Under the pieces are notes generated by a model that did not search any database, was not told the origin of the DNA, and saw only the letters and a list, made by a program, of their open reading frames with translations. A program made the translations under genes and the position numbers. From contig NC_068999.1 in NCBI RefSeq assembly GCF_001194135.2, positions 22,389,666-22,441,620 on the forward strand: DNA of 51,955 bases, read 5' to 3'. Source of the stretch: Octopus bimaculoides (lineage: Eukaryota). This document shows positions 25,834 to 38,887 of this stretch, in pieces. Position 1 is the stretch's first letter; each line of letters begins with the position of its first letter.

Positions 25834-27475
25834 CTGAAATAAAAGAAAAAGAAAGGTATATAATGACCATATCAACCAATTACCACAGCAAATGATGTTA
25901 TTTAGTTTTCTTTTTTAATGACAATTCATAATTCCTTCATGATATTATGCAGATTTCTTTAAATTAGTACATCACCATTATTGTTATTATCCCTGCCTTC
26001 CTGAGTTAGTTTTCCACCACATTTCTTAAAAATCGTGGTAGAGGCCTTGGTCTCGGGACCACTCATATCTAGAAACTGAGGTTGTATGTAAGCAAAGATA
26101 TGCTTCCCATAGAAAACCCAGCTCCAAAAAAGCCTCATGATAGCAAAGGAGAATGGGCACCAGCCAGCCAGCCAGCCAACCAGCCAGCCAGCCAGCCCAA
26201 AGGTTGGGGTGGGCTGCACCTGCCTACCTTGTTTGCTATGGCATTGAGGTAGATCCGGCCACCCCTGTTAACAGGGACAAAACCTAGATTTAAAACACTG
26301 GATGATGATGATGATGACGGAGTAGCTTAAATGAGTATACAATGCATGATGTTCCAAAACATCTCTATCTCTGTAATTTCTCCTTAGTTAAACTCAAACT
26401 TCCAAAACTGGAATCAATAATGTTATTCTCAATCTTCATCATTTTAAATCCTAATTTACAACAGCTAATGTAAAAAGTGAACAGCAATAGTTAGAACATA
26501 AAAATAGAAAAATGTTTTATTCAAACCCAATAGTTTAGACAGTTTAAATCTATATTATAATTGCCTGATGTCTCAATGGTAGAGTACCAAATCTAGTCTC
26601 TGTAATTTATCATTAACTCTATAAAAAAGTGTTCTTAGCTTGCGTCTAATCACAGTCAAATTAGTTGCTTACATGTTTGAAGTCTACAATTACAAAACAA
26701 CTATTAATAATAGAAGAGGATAATTGGTTAAAATGTGGAGAAAGTTAAGTCTGTTACAGAACTGATCAAAATAAAATTGAAAATTGATTGTAAACAACAA
26801 CAACAACAGTAACAATGATTTATTTCTCTCCAATAAATATTATCCACAGAGAGAGAGAGTGAGAGAGAAAGAAACCTAGTATTTGACAATAAAGAGCTAG
26901 ATGAAAGGCTAAGTCAACCAGAGCAGGATTTGAACTCAGATGAAGAGAGTTGGAACAAATATCACAAAGCATTCCACCCATGCTAGCATGGAAGAAAGAC
27001 ATTAAACGATGATGATGATTTTATCTGATGTTCTAATACCTGCAAATTCACTACCTTATGATAGACTATGAAATAATAAAATCCATTTTTTTATAATCTA
27101 AACAAAATGGTTTAGATTAATTGGAGAGAGTGAATGGGAAACTATAAGATTCGTGGCTTCTTCAAAAATATTAAGAATATTTGTGAAGTGAAATGTTTTA
27201 AAGAGGGAGTCAAAGCAATAACCTGAAGCGAATATTTCAAGAACTTAACTTCTATGGCAGTTACAACAAAACAATAATATTAATCTAGCATTAATCGATA
27301 AAATGGAAATCAAGGTTCACTTCCAGAATAGTTATGATAGAATTTGTCTTATTTATTGGATGGCTCGAAAAATTTGTGAAATACCAAGTGGTTAGAGTTA
27401 CAAGTGCAAAAAAAGGTATAACGGTATTTAGGATTGAATAGTGTTATAGTAAAATGACAAATAGTAAAGACTTAC

Positions 27476-27566
27476 ACGCTCTAAATTGATGTCAGCCAAG
27501 AAAATGCTCTTATTTCTATATTCACCTTCATTAAAAGGATCATGCCAATATTGAGCTTGTACAATA
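27476..27566 (-). CDS. PPT1: PPT1 coding exon 6 (91 nt)
   Basis: gtttcag|T...CGT|gtaagt; [30 protein letters not shown]. Confidence 0.97.
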
Positions 27567-27817
27567 CTGAAACAGAAAAAAAAAGCTCAGAAAATCTGAA
27601 TATTTAAAATCTAATGATCCCTTTAAAGAAGATTAACTGAACAATGTCAGTAATATATATTTTATATATCTGCGAACATGACTAGAATTATATACCAAGG
27701 GGAGAGCTTAGCATAAAATATTATCCTTAGTTTGGTTTTCTCAAGTAGCAAAGCTTATTGTAATAATGTTCAGTTTCTTTTGCATATTCATGAGATTATA
27801 ATGATGAAATTATTGTA

Positions 27818-28505
27818 TACAGTGTTCAGGTGCACTACAACTTGTCAAAAGTGCATATAAAGCATATGCAGTAATGTACAAATGTCTGGAAAGTGAACAG
27901 TGTATGAGTCAGATACATGCTTGTGTGTGTATGGAGGGGAGAAAATGAGGTGTAGTGTTGGTGGATCTCAGGAAGCATGGAAGTTTTGAAGGATGCAGTG
28001 CTCCGACAACTAACAACTGATGCTGGCAGTTTGCTCCATATTTCAGCAACTCTTAGCATGAAAAAGTGTTTCCGAAAGTTATGGGAGCTGTGCTGTTTTC
28101 TGACTTTGTAAACATGTCCATGGGTGTTAGACAGGTGGAGTTTGAAAAGGTGCTCAGAGTTATTGTTATTAAGATGGTTAATAATTTTATGGGTGTCTGC
28201 TAAGTCAGTTGCCAGACGTCGGAGTTTCAATGTATCCATGCCCAGGGAAATAAGGTGTTCAGAATATGGCAAATGCCTGATAGAGGGTATTCTCTTGGTT
28301 GCACGTCGCTGAACAGTTTCCAGACAATTAATATCCTGGGCAAGATAGGGGTTCCAGACCGGTGATACAAATTCCAGGTGAGGCTGCACCATAGCTATAT
28401 ATGGTAGATAGATAGCTAGAGAGCGGCACACAAAGGACTTAGTAAGTGATGCCAAAACACTCTCAGCCTTCTTGGTAATTTTAGCAATGTGTTTTGTCGA
28501 ACACA
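27818..28505 (-). mobile_element. CR1/L2-like LINE 3' fragment in the PPT1 intron between microexon and exon 6
   Basis: ORF 27835-28506: YIAMVQPHLEFVSPVWNPYLAQDINCLETVQRRATKRI...LGMDTLKLRR...RKHFFMLRVAEIWSKLP, typical CR1/L2 RT C-terminus. Confidence 0.9.
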
Positions 28506-28715
28506 AATCGCTGTATATTAGTTTTTCATGATTGATTAGGTTTTGAAACTAGTGTTAAGTTAAGCTAAATCATATTTTACATTAGTATACTGTTCTGCTA
28601 CTCAAAACATGTCAGACAACATGTCATTTTAATATAGATCTACTTAACCCAGTAAACATGAAATAATTGCTTTTATACAAAATTATTTTAAAAATTAATT
28701 AAAAAAAGTACTTAC

Positions 28716-28730
28716 TGATCTTGAACGAAA
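28716..28730 (-). CDS. PPT1: PPT1 15-nt microexon (exon 5b), (S)FVQD(H)
   Basis: gtttgttttgtttttcag|TTTCGTTCAAGATCA|gtaagta; phase 2-2; supplies exactly the 5 residues missing between AYKS and [10 protein letters not shown]. Confidence 0.92.
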
Positions 28731-28913
28731 CTGAAAAACAAAACAAACAATATTTATATAGTAGTTTGATAATCAAGCATTATGATTTTCTTAGTTTCAA
28801 ATTTATCTTATTTCTATATGAATACAATGTAATGTTACAGCATTGCTATTTTGAATAGTTAAGAGTTGGCAGTCATAGATTATAAAACACAATGATGAAT
28901 GGCACTGATTTAC

Positions 28914-29126
28914 CCCTTCAACATTCGGATTATTCTGTCAAATGTAATGCTTCACATTGTTTTGAATTGATCCTGCATCATCTTGTAATCTCAAGATTTC
29001 AATGATGTGATTGTATATTTTTTAAATGACGTTATAAGGGAGATGTGAGAGGTCAGATCTGGCCAGTTTGGACATAAAACAGGTAGAATATTTGGGCCAG
29101 ATCTGGCCAGTTTAAATGATAAAGGG
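28914..29126. mobile_element. TTAA/AGGG-ended MITE family, copy 2
   Basis: Homologous to 445-664; ends AAAGGG|TTAA. Confidence 0.65.
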
Positions 29127-30105
29127 TTAATACAAACAGTCAACATATGAGTGAAACTGAGTAAAATATGTTTACTTTTGAGGAGATTTAATTAAGATCA
29201 AAACATGTTTATTGCTTTCATTAAATAACATTCAAAACAAGATCCACTTATGACTATCATTTGTGTTTTAAATATTTTGATTAGCTCATTTTATTGAAAT
29301 TAATTCTTTCTCTCTTGGACAAAGTTTTTATTGAATAATTTTATCAATAATCTCGATCGAGGTTTGTTCAACTCTTTATATTATGTTTATGAAGCTCTAC
29401 AACATGTGTTTTGTACACTTGCAAACACTTGATTGTCTACTATGGTGACAATAAGCTCTAGTAAATTTGGCTGGAGATACTCGACTATAATAGTTGTATT
29501 TAATTCCTTTCACTTGACTTGTAATAAGAATACTTGCAGTTAACTGAATCAATAGAATGGTTATATCAATAAGCAAAATCATTGGTTAATTCTTGCCAAC
29601 AATCCATCTAACTGTAAACAGATACAATGGATCAGTGCTGTTCATGGCTAATTGCTGAGCGCTTTGTATACAGTATTCATCTCAAATTGTCTTATAGGCC
29701 TGGAAAAGATAGCTGGAAAATACTATCCTTCTTTGAATTATTATGTAAAAGACAGAAACTACAGTAGTGTCCTATAAGACTGACTAATTATAGAACTGCT
29801 TGTTAAATATTTAGTGTTTAGCTATAAAGTTGATATATTGATATTGTTTGGTCACAGAAAATGCAATATATTTAGACACTGTGAAATGTTTAGACATGCA
29901 TGCTGTTTGCATGTTCCTTAACCACCAAGTGATACAATTAAAATGTCAAACATTAAATTATTCATTTATGAATGTATATATATTTTATGATTCATTCACC
30001 CATATACATGAATGAAAGTAAAAAAAAAGAACATTTTTTTATGAAAAGCTAAAAAAGAAAAAAAAATTGAAAAGTTTCAGAAAGAAGAAACAAAATGTCT
30101 GATAC

Positions 30106-30193
30106 CTCTTATATGCTCCCATGTTCAACATTTTACGTATCATGTCACACAGAGTAGAATTTTTACCGGGACAGTGTGGAATTCCAAAGACAC
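30106..30193 (-). CDS. PPT1: PPT1 coding exon 5a (88 nt)
   Basis: ttcaag|GT...AG|gtatca; (G)[28 protein letters not shown](S); 15 nt shorter than the vertebrate exon. Confidence 0.95.
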
Positions 30194-30261
30194 CTTGAAT
30201 AAACAATAAATAGGATAAAGACTTTTTCTAAAGATGACAAATTAAATAAATGAAGTCATAC

Positions 30262-30409
30262 TACACTCTCTGAGTGGTTGGCGTTAGGAAGGGCATCCAG
30301 CTGTAGAAACTCTGCCAAATTTAGATTGGAGCCGGGTGTTGCCATCCGGTTTCACCAGTCCTCAGTCAAGTCGTCCAACCCATGATAGCATGGAAAGTGG
30401 ACGTTAAAC

Positions 30410-30442
<33 letters not shown>
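30262..30442 (+). mobile_element. Family D retroposon 3' end with (GAT)n tail
   Basis: GAGTGGTTGGCGTTAGGAAGGGCATCCAGCTGTAGAAAC...CGTTAAACGATGATGAT. Confidence 0.8.
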
Positions 30443-30460
30443 ACTTTACATCTTTTGCTT

Positions 30461-30790
30461 TTACTTGTTTCAGTCATTAGACTGCAACCATGCTGAGGCA
30501 CCGTCTTGAAGAATTTTTAGTTGAATGAATCGACCTCAGTACTTATTCTATTGGGCTCTTTTACTGAACTGCTAAGTTATGGGGATGTAAACATACCAAC
30601 ACCAGTTGTCAAGCGGTGGTGGGGGATAAACACAGACACAAAGACACACACACATGACAAGCCTCTTTCAGTTTCCATCTATCAAATCCACTCACAAAGT
30701 TTTGGTTGGCCCAAGGCTATAGTAGAAGATATCATGCAGTGGAATTGAACCTGGAACCATGTGGTTGGGAAATAATCTTCTTACCACCCA
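30461..30790 (-). mobile_element. SINE family A copy
   Basis: Reverse complement of family A. Confidence 0.8.
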
Positions 30791-31195
30791 CCTCAATTCA
30801 CTATTAATTTTTATGACTATAATATTTTAAAAATGTATCATTAAAACAGGATATTGTTAAGTGAGAGAGCTTAGATCAGAGGTTAGCAGGGATTAGATCA
30901 ATCAAAGGGAAGATAACAAGAATTTACACAACGTAAGAAATTTTGCCCTCACTGGAAAGATGATGTAAGATTCAGATGCATGGGGAATATACTGCAGAGC
31001 ACCTGTTCAACATTGGAAAATGGGTGTGGTGATGATGATGATGATGGAAATGATAATGTGGAAGGAAAACAACTGGAAAAGAAATTTCACTTAGATTAGG
31101 GCTCAGTTGTTTATTTTCTTATGTTAGTCAAAGGGGCAGTATTTCTTATTTCTTTATTGCCCACAAGGGGCCAAACATAGAGGGGACAAACAAGG

Positions 31196-31365
31196 GGATT
31201 AAGTCGATTTCACCGACCCCAGTGCGTAACTGGTACTTAATTTATCGACCCCGAAAGAATGAAAGGCAAAGTTGACCTCGGTGGAATTCGAACTCAGAAC
31301 GTAACGGCAGACAAAATACTGCTGAGCATTTTGCCCGGCGTGCTAACGTTTCTGCCAGCTCACCA
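31196..31365 (-). mobile_element. SINE family B copy, young and CpG-rich
   Basis: Reverse complement of family B. Confidence 0.85.
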
Positions 31366-31391
31366 TATTTCTCAACGTTTCTGCCAGCTCG

Positions 31392-31710
31392 CAGTATTTC
31401 TCAACAAGGGTCCATATAAGATTTTGAGGGTTCACACAACAAAATAGTAAATTAGGGAGCCAGATTAATCTTTTAAGAGCCCCTGAAAAAACTCTGCTTT
31501 AGATGTATGCATTGCAAGAAACAGCAAGGTTTCTTTCTCTAACATTCTACATAAATCAACCAACACGAGTTAATGTGTGAAAAACAATGCAGGAATTTCT
31601 AAAGAAGTATCAATAAAACTAGTTTTTAAACATCAAATGGCTATGGGGGTCCACCAGAATAAAATAATAATCAAAGGGGTTCATAGACAAAAAATGGTTG
31701 AGAACCCCTG
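31392..31710. mobile_element. hAT (Charlie-like) MITE
   Basis: CAGTATTTCTCAAC ... GGTTGAGAACCCCTG termini; no TSD recovered. Confidence 0.6.
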
Positions 31711-31964
31711 ATGTAGAGGGTGCAGATTTTAGTGGAGGAGGTTGGAAATGGGTGATGTTGGTGGTGGTGGCATGTGAGTTAAAACAAAGTTTTTAGTGTG
31801 ATACCCAGTAGGGATGATGAGAAGAGATATAGATGTGTCATATGGGTGTGGGTGGAGAGAATAGGCAGCCAGCTACTTCAGATGAGCAGGAACTTTTGTT
31901 GTAGCAAAAATAAGAGACAGAAAGAAGAATCAGTGTTCCTAGGGGTCAGAGGTTGTAATAGGAT

Positions 31965-32190
31965 TTCAAGTTTTGGCACAAGGCCAGCAAATTTGGAGCA
32001 GGGGTAAGTTGATTACATCAACTCCAGTACTCAACTGGCACTTGTTCTATTAACCTTGAAAGGATGAAAGGCCAGGTCGACCTCAATGGAATTTGGACTC
32101 AGAATGTAAAAACAGATGACATGCCACAAAGTATTTTGCCTGGAGTATTTTGCCACAAAGTATTTTGCCAGTTTGCTGCCTTCAGAAGTT
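31965..32190 (-). mobile_element. SINE family B copy, CpG-decayed
   Basis: Reverse complement of family B. Confidence 0.75.
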
Positions 32191-33421
32191 GTAATATCAA
32201 CAACATAACTGAGAGGAAAATACTGAAAGGGAATGTTGTCCTACATATCAAATATAAATATTGTAGGTTCTCATACATGCAATATAGTGGATTGAAAATT
32301 TTCACTGAACTGAGATTATCCAATAAGAAAAGCANNNNNNNNNNNNNNNNNNNNNNNNNNNNTATATATATATATATATATATTTGACAATGAATGCCAG
32401 AAAGTTCCCTCAAAAAGTTAATAAGGAATTTTAAAAAAGAAATCTCCACACCCCAGTTAACAAAGAATTTACTAGATCTATGGACTAAAATTTATATTAT
32501 GAAAATTAAAAAATAATAAATTAAACTGATTAGAACTACCAGTGAAGTCATTCTTTTTCTTTTTTCAAATTTCTGTACCAAGAAAGATATGTTGCTGAGT
32601 AAATATTTGCTAATTAGGTGAATGGCCTTTTTTGGGATGCAATCTGGTCCAGATGTGAGTTCATGTGCACATGTTTGCATTTAAGTATGTAGAAAGTAGC
32701 CTTATCACAGATACGCTATCATACTCCAATACAGGCTTTACTTGGACTCTGTTAAGAGGCAGCAACTAATTAAGGCTGAGATAAATCATCTGGCACCAAA
32801 GAGGATGTTTAGTTTTGGGGGTGCATATTTGCAAATAATGTATATTTATATAGGCATCCTGAAAAATCAGAGACTGTGAAGTCTAGCATGGACTTGTAAT
32901 GAGCGAGGTTTTAAGTTGTATACTGTTTATTACTAGAGGGGCTGAGATACAAAGCTGTCTCATTGACATGTATGGTGATTATGTCACTGTGTTGTTGAAA
33001 GTGATTGTATTCAAGTTCCCTTTGAAGGTAATTGTTCACAGAGGCAACCAAATCGAGCATGAGTTGTCTGTAGATGACACCTGTGTATGGAAGACTAAGG
33101 AAAAGTGAAGGGTGATATCATATACATAGGAATGTGTGTTGTTAGAAGTGACATAAAGTGTGCTAAAAATAATTAGAACTTACACCAAATATGTCACATT
33201 TTTCTGTTTCATGGGAGAAAATAGAAAATATGTCTAAGGGATATCATGTGGCTGGTTCAATGTATTAAAACAACATACAACCATAAACCACCTCCTTTAT
33301 TGATCAGTTCAAATTAATGCATAATTGCACAGTGTCTCCTCCTACAACCGCAGGCTGACCAAAGTCAAGTGAATAGATTTGTAGATCGAAACTGAAAGAA
33401 GCCAGTTACATGTGTGTGTGT

Positions 33422-33467
<46 letters not shown>

Positions 33468-33544
33468 TAATTGTTAAGTTTGGACAGATTACAAAAGTGA
33501 ATAAAAATTAAGTCAACTTTTTACACTTTACTTTTTACACTTTA

Positions 33545-33888
33545 CTTTTTACACAACAATAACACTGACAAAATATGACTTCTCTCAAAAAATGAACAAT
33601 AACAAACAGATTTGCTCCTTTTGCAATGCTTGCAGTGCCATAATTTTCCATCAGCAGCATCACCACATGTAGTAAGGCCACATGATGAATTACAATTTTC
33701 ACAGGTGTACATATTCATAATTAGTTGACACCGTGCCAACCACTGAAGAATGTTGTCTCCAGCTTTTCCTAATTCAATGATAGTCCATGATTCCTCTAAG
33801 ATTGATTTGTCCTTTTGCTTCTTTTACTACTTATCTCCCTTTTAATTTTTATTTACTTTTTTAATCTAATCAAACTGAACAATTACCT
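33545..33888 (-). pseudogene. Merlin transposase N-terminal fragment (second lineage)
   Basis: ILQWLARCQLIMNMYTCENCNSSCGL...DGKLWHCKHCKRSKSV...SFFERSH; Zn-ribbon layout typical of Merlin N-termini. Confidence 0.6.
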
Positions 33889-34337
33889 NNNNNNNNNNNN
33901 NNNNNNNNNNNNNNNNATATATATATATATATATATATACTCTTTTACTTGTTTCAGTCATTTGACTGCGACCATGCTGGAGCACCGCCTTTAGTCGAGC
34001 AGATCGACCCCAGGATTTATTCTTTGTAAGCCTAGTACTTATTCTATCGGTCCTTTTGCCGAACCACTAAGTTACGGGGGATGTAAACACACCAGCATTT
34101 ATAGGAATCAGTAAACAAATTATTTGCTGATGCCTGTCAAACAGATAATGATTCACAGGGTGCGCACAGAACAGTGAAAATCCAATCAATAATGTAATAT
34201 ATTCATTCTTAAAACATTCTGGCAGATCTGAATATTTGATTGCTGTTATTTTTCCTAAGCAGGGAACATCTCCTCCCTTTAGATGATGTATGTTCATAAC
34301 ATGTGATTCACCAAGAAGGGGTGAGAAATGAATAAAA

Positions 34338-34490
34338 TTATTATATAAAATGAATAAAATTAAAACAAAAAAGTTCAAATATAATTTTTGTTAGAAAACA
34401 TCAAGTCAAATTATTATATAAAATGAATAAGATTTATAACAAAAAAAATTTTAAATATAATTTTTGTTAGAAAACATCAAGTCAAATTTT
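34338..34490. repeat. Local tandem duplication (~72 bp x2)
   Basis: ATTATTATATAAAATGAATAA...AAATATAATTTTTGTTAGAAAACATCAAGTCAAAT twice. Confidence 0.85.
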
Positions 34491-34745
34491 AATAGAAAAC
34501 AAGCAAAAAATCACATAGCATATGGTCTTTTTCTCTATGTATACACATACATTCTTTTCTCCGCCATGAAACTCAATATCCTTATCAATATTTACTGATA
34601 ACCTGTAATTTAAGTCACTAAAGCTGCCACATTAGCATAGCTAAAACATAACCAATACTATAGTGACACAAAACAGTTACAAGGATGATCTTTTAATTAC
34701 ATAACATATAAAATATAACTGAAACTACATTCTTACAATACACAC

Positions 34746-34816
34746 CTTGATGTTGGCCTCCAACAGATATCAAGTTCCACATTGGAGGAACTGAACAGCG
34801 CTGAGCAACAGCTCGG
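34746..34816 (-). CDS. PPT1: PPT1 coding exon 4 (71 nt)
   Basis: tttcag|C...CAAG|gtgtgt; [23 protein letters not shown](G). Confidence 0.97.
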
Positions 34817-35379
34817 CTGAAATGAGAATGTTAAGATTAATTTACAGCTAAAACAAACAATTAAAAAAAAAGTTTATGTTCTTTTGGTTAGGTCAATTTT
34901 GCAGGAGTAAAAGCAACATAAAAACCACCGTAATGGATTGGTTGATTAGTGGGTAAAAATGAGTCAAATAAATTAAAATGAGAAAAGTAGAAAGACTATA
35001 ACAGCATGAGTGCACGGTTGAATATGTGAACATGTCCTCTTTATATTAATCATTCATTCAACTGAAATTGTTTGAGTGTAATTTGATACCAATTCATTCC
35101 AAATTAAGTATTTCAAATGTGAAACTGTGACTATATAAGTTATGCTGGCTACAGTTTTGATATTGAGGTTTTAAGTATACAGTTGAGAACATTCAAGCAT
35201 AGACATGACTGTGTGGTCAAAAAACTTGCTTCCAAACCATGTGGTTTTGGGTTTGGTTCCACTGTGTGGCGCCTTGGGTAAGTGTCTGCAACCGTAGCCC
35301 TAGGACAACTAATGCCTTATGAGTGGATCTGGTAGATGCAAATTGTGTGGAAGTCCATTATATGTATGACTAGAAAAGC

Positions 35380-36240
35380 ACACAGGGAGCACAGACCTCT
35401 GCCAAGCAGCTCATTTCCACCCATATACACGTATGCTGAAAATCGCCCAATTTCCCAAACCAACGCCAGCAAAAACATAACCTCCTTGGCGGGGGTAAAA
35501 AAAAAAAATAACACAGCCATATGATTTTAAGAACAAAAAACCTTTAAAAACAGGAATCATCTGAAGCAGTTCACAACCACCAACATCATCAGCAGCATTG
35601 TCATTGCTTCCACTTCAACCACATACACTGCCATCAACGTTATCATGACGGTTACCTTGACAGTCACTTTCNNNNNNNNNNNNNNNNNNNNNNNNNNNNN
35701 NNNNNNNNNNNNNNNNNNNNNNNNNNNNNNNNNNNNNNNNNNNNNNNNNNNNNNNNNNNNNNNNNNNNNNNNNNNNNNNNNNNNNNNNNNNNNNNNNNNN
35801 NNNNNNNNNNNNNNNNNNNNNNNNNNNNNNNNNNNNNNNNNNNNNNNNNNNNNNNNNNNNNNNNNNNNNNNNNNNNNNNNNNNNNNNNNNNNNNNNNNNN
35901 NNNNNNNNNNNNNNNNNNNNNNNNNNNNNNNNNNNNNNNNNNNNNNNNNNNNNNNNNNNNNNNNNNNNNNNNNNNNNNNNNNNNNNNNNNNNNNNNNNNN
36001 NNNNNNNNNNNNNNNNNNNNNNNNNNNNNNNNNNNNNNNNNNNNNNNNNNNNNNNNNNNNNNGAATCCATAAAAATTCTCAGATCACTACCAAAATTTCA
36101 TCATCTGTTCCTTGTGTCATTATCAACTTTTCCTGCAAGTTTCATCAAATATCATTCACAACTTTTTGAGTTATTTTGCACACAGACGGACAAACCAAAC
36201 GCCAATGAAAACATCATCTGCTTCCTTGGCAGAGGCAAAT
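35380..36240. mobile_element. Helitron/Helentron-type non-autonomous repeat ends flanking a gap
   Basis: AAAACATAACCTCCTTGGCGGGGGTAA (~35480-35510) and AAGTTTCATCAAA...CAGACGGACAAACC...CCTTGGCAGAGG (~36140-36240); family assignment from memory. Confidence 0.4.
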
Positions 36241-37494
36241 ATATATACTTCAAAAGGGTGATTCTAGGACAAATTATCCAATCCAAGAAAACTAGAGAAT
36301 GATGCAATCACTTCTTTGATTTTGCTGAAACTTGGCATAGGGGTCGATTTTGTGCAAAAAAAAAAATGATTCTTGAGTTTTTAGTTACATTTGTATAACA
36401 ATTCGAAAGTTATGAGTAAGGTCATCTTATGATCAAGTATATAGTCCTAGAATCACTCAATGACTGCTGCTTTTCAAAATTAGCAAGCAACATTCTAGTT
36501 AATGTGCTCACCCCTCCAAGTCAAAATGCATTGAGGGCTTGAGGCTCCACCATTAGCCACAATGATATACTAAAAATTCATCATAGAGTCCTCTGCTTGA
36601 GCATGTGCATGGGGATCTCTCTTGGCACAGGGCTGAATTTGAACAAATCTGCCTAACCAGCCCTGTCTGCACTATACACTTTACCCAAAACAAGTATCTC
36701 ATATTTTTTCTTGCAACCATCAAGTCATAGTTGAACGTCAACTGTAAGAGAAAAAAAAATGCTGTAGTTGAAAACACTTAAACATGATAAAGATCCCATA
36801 AGCATAAAGGGAAACAAATCATGGCTGTAACTAAGTCTCGGGTCAGTTTCCTCAGGTACAGGCATGGCTGCACCAGACTTGCTGTCTTGCCTGAAATTGC
36901 TGGCTTTGTGTCAAAATTTGAAACCGATATAAAATACTCTAAAATAAGCATAGAGCAAGAGAGATTCATTGCTAAGAAATGAATTATTTTCAAGACAAAT
37001 GTTTTCAAAGGGATGTAATCATACTTGGGCACAATCTTCAAGAGTCTCAGTCAATTATATTGATCTCTGATTCTTTGTCTGGTACTTATTTTATTGATCT
37101 CTCAAGAAACAAAAGGCAAATCATCACTGGTGTAAAATGTATATTAGTTTGCTTGCAATTGGTATTTTAGTTTGCCTTTTCCCTATATTAGTATAGACAC
37201 AATGCACATGATAAGCTTTTGCAGTTTCAGTCTATCAAATTTCCCCCCCCAAAAGGTGATGGTAAAAAGTATGCACCCATGGTGCAGTGACACTGAGCTT
37301 GAAACTGTGATTGTGAAGCAGATTTCTCATCCATACAACTATGCTTGTATCTATGTCATAACAGAGTAAGATATGGTCCTGATCCATCAATGAGAGCAGT
37401 AATTTCAGTAAGAACTGACTCAGACTGTAATGACCCATTCAACCCAAGCTAGCAGGGATTTCCCAAAATTAACTTAGTATTTACTTAACAAAAT

Positions 37495-37540
<46 letters not shown>

Positions 37541-38203
37541 TTTGCACATTTTTATGCCTGTTTTTCCTTGCTTGCATGCATTAGATGGGTTATTTTGAAG
37601 TATTGTTTTACAGCTGGATATCTTTGATGCAAATTTTACCAGTTTTTTTAAGTAAGGAACCTCTTATTCTACGGGACTTTGAAGGTACAAAATGACTGGA
37701 TTGTTTGTTAACAGGAAAAATTGACAACAATCCAATCTGCTGCACTGTACAAGCAATCACAGATGTAAATAGAAACAAACTCACACACACACGTGTGAGT
37801 GTGTGTGTTATACACACACACACACATTCTCATGCATACATGCATGCATATGTAAATGTGTGTGTGTGTATATATATATATTCATAGTTATATATAAGAC
37901 AATCTTCTTTCAGTTTCTATTGACCAAATCTACTCACAAAACTTTGGTCAACCCTGGGCTATAGCAGAAAAGGTGCTCTAAGGTGCTCCATAGGGGGACT
38001 GAATCCCAAACCACATGATGCGAAAGCTAATTTCTCAATCTTGTGTGTGCATGCATGCATATGTGTGTGTGTGTGTGTATGTGTGTGTGCGCGTACGTAT
38101 GTATGTGTGTGTGTGTGTGTGCATGTGTGTATAAACTGATAAGTGTTCAAATGAATTTAGACATGCATCAGAAAAATATGATAAAAAGGAAAAAATAGCT
38201 CAC

Positions 38204-38331
38204 AAGAATTGACCTCCTTGAGAGAAACCAATAGCATTGTATCCATTAACCAGTTTTTTGTCAGCTGCTAACATTTCACATACTTTAGTAATTTGAAGGT
38301 TGGAATTCATAAGAAAGCCATTTTCAATATC
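38204..38331 (-). CDS. PPT1: PPT1 coding exon 3 (128 nt), nucleophile elbow GFSQG
   Basis: ttacag|GAT...TT|gtgagc; [42 protein letters not shown](F). Confidence 0.97.
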
Positions 38332-38887
38332 CTGTAAATGAATAAATAAATAAAATTAACACAGTACTTTAATGAGAACAGAAAAATATTTTTTAAAATC
38401 TTCAAAATTTTCAGTTCCTGTTATTTAGATTTGTACTAGCTAAAGACGTCACAGACTGTGATCTTTTATGTAACCTTTTAAAAGAAATAGCTAGACAAAA
38501 GCAAGTGACTTGATGATATAAAGTAATATTTTTTTTAGCAGACCACCAGCAAGTTATGCATGAACAGTTGATTCATTAGATTCGGAGAGAAATGAGTTGA
38601 ATGTGTGAATTTCACTTGTGTTAAAAAGTGGATTACAAGTGAACTGAAAAATTAGCAGAGTTTTAAAGATATCAACCAATGTGTGTGGGAGAGCTGAAGG
38701 TGTGTGATGTATAATACCTGCTTGGTGAAAATGTGCTGTGTTAACAATAGAGGGTACTTGTGACAAAAAGATAACAAGTACCCTCTACATCAAGGTAAAA
38801 ATGGTTAGGTTAAATATTACAATGTTGGGCCTCAAAGACAAGATGACACTGGTAAGTGATAATATATTGTACTGCAGTATGAAGGTG

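Noticed and set aside
27835-28506. 223-aa ORF as a host gene or PPT1 exon
   Set aside because: It is a CR1/L2-type RT C-terminus with no fitting splice sites.
30091-30105. Extending exon 5a by 15 nt to match the 103-nt vertebrate exon
   Set aside because: No GT at the required position and the read-through (RYQTF) loses homology; the separate microexon restores the conserved residues exactly.
32690-33110. Possible decayed retroelement coding sequence on the minus strand
   Set aside because: Only vague similarity; no diagnostic motif I can defend.
34067-34378. 103-aa minus-strand ORF in PPT1 intron 4
   Set aside because: No recognisable domain, no good acceptor at its start, and PPT1 is complete without it.
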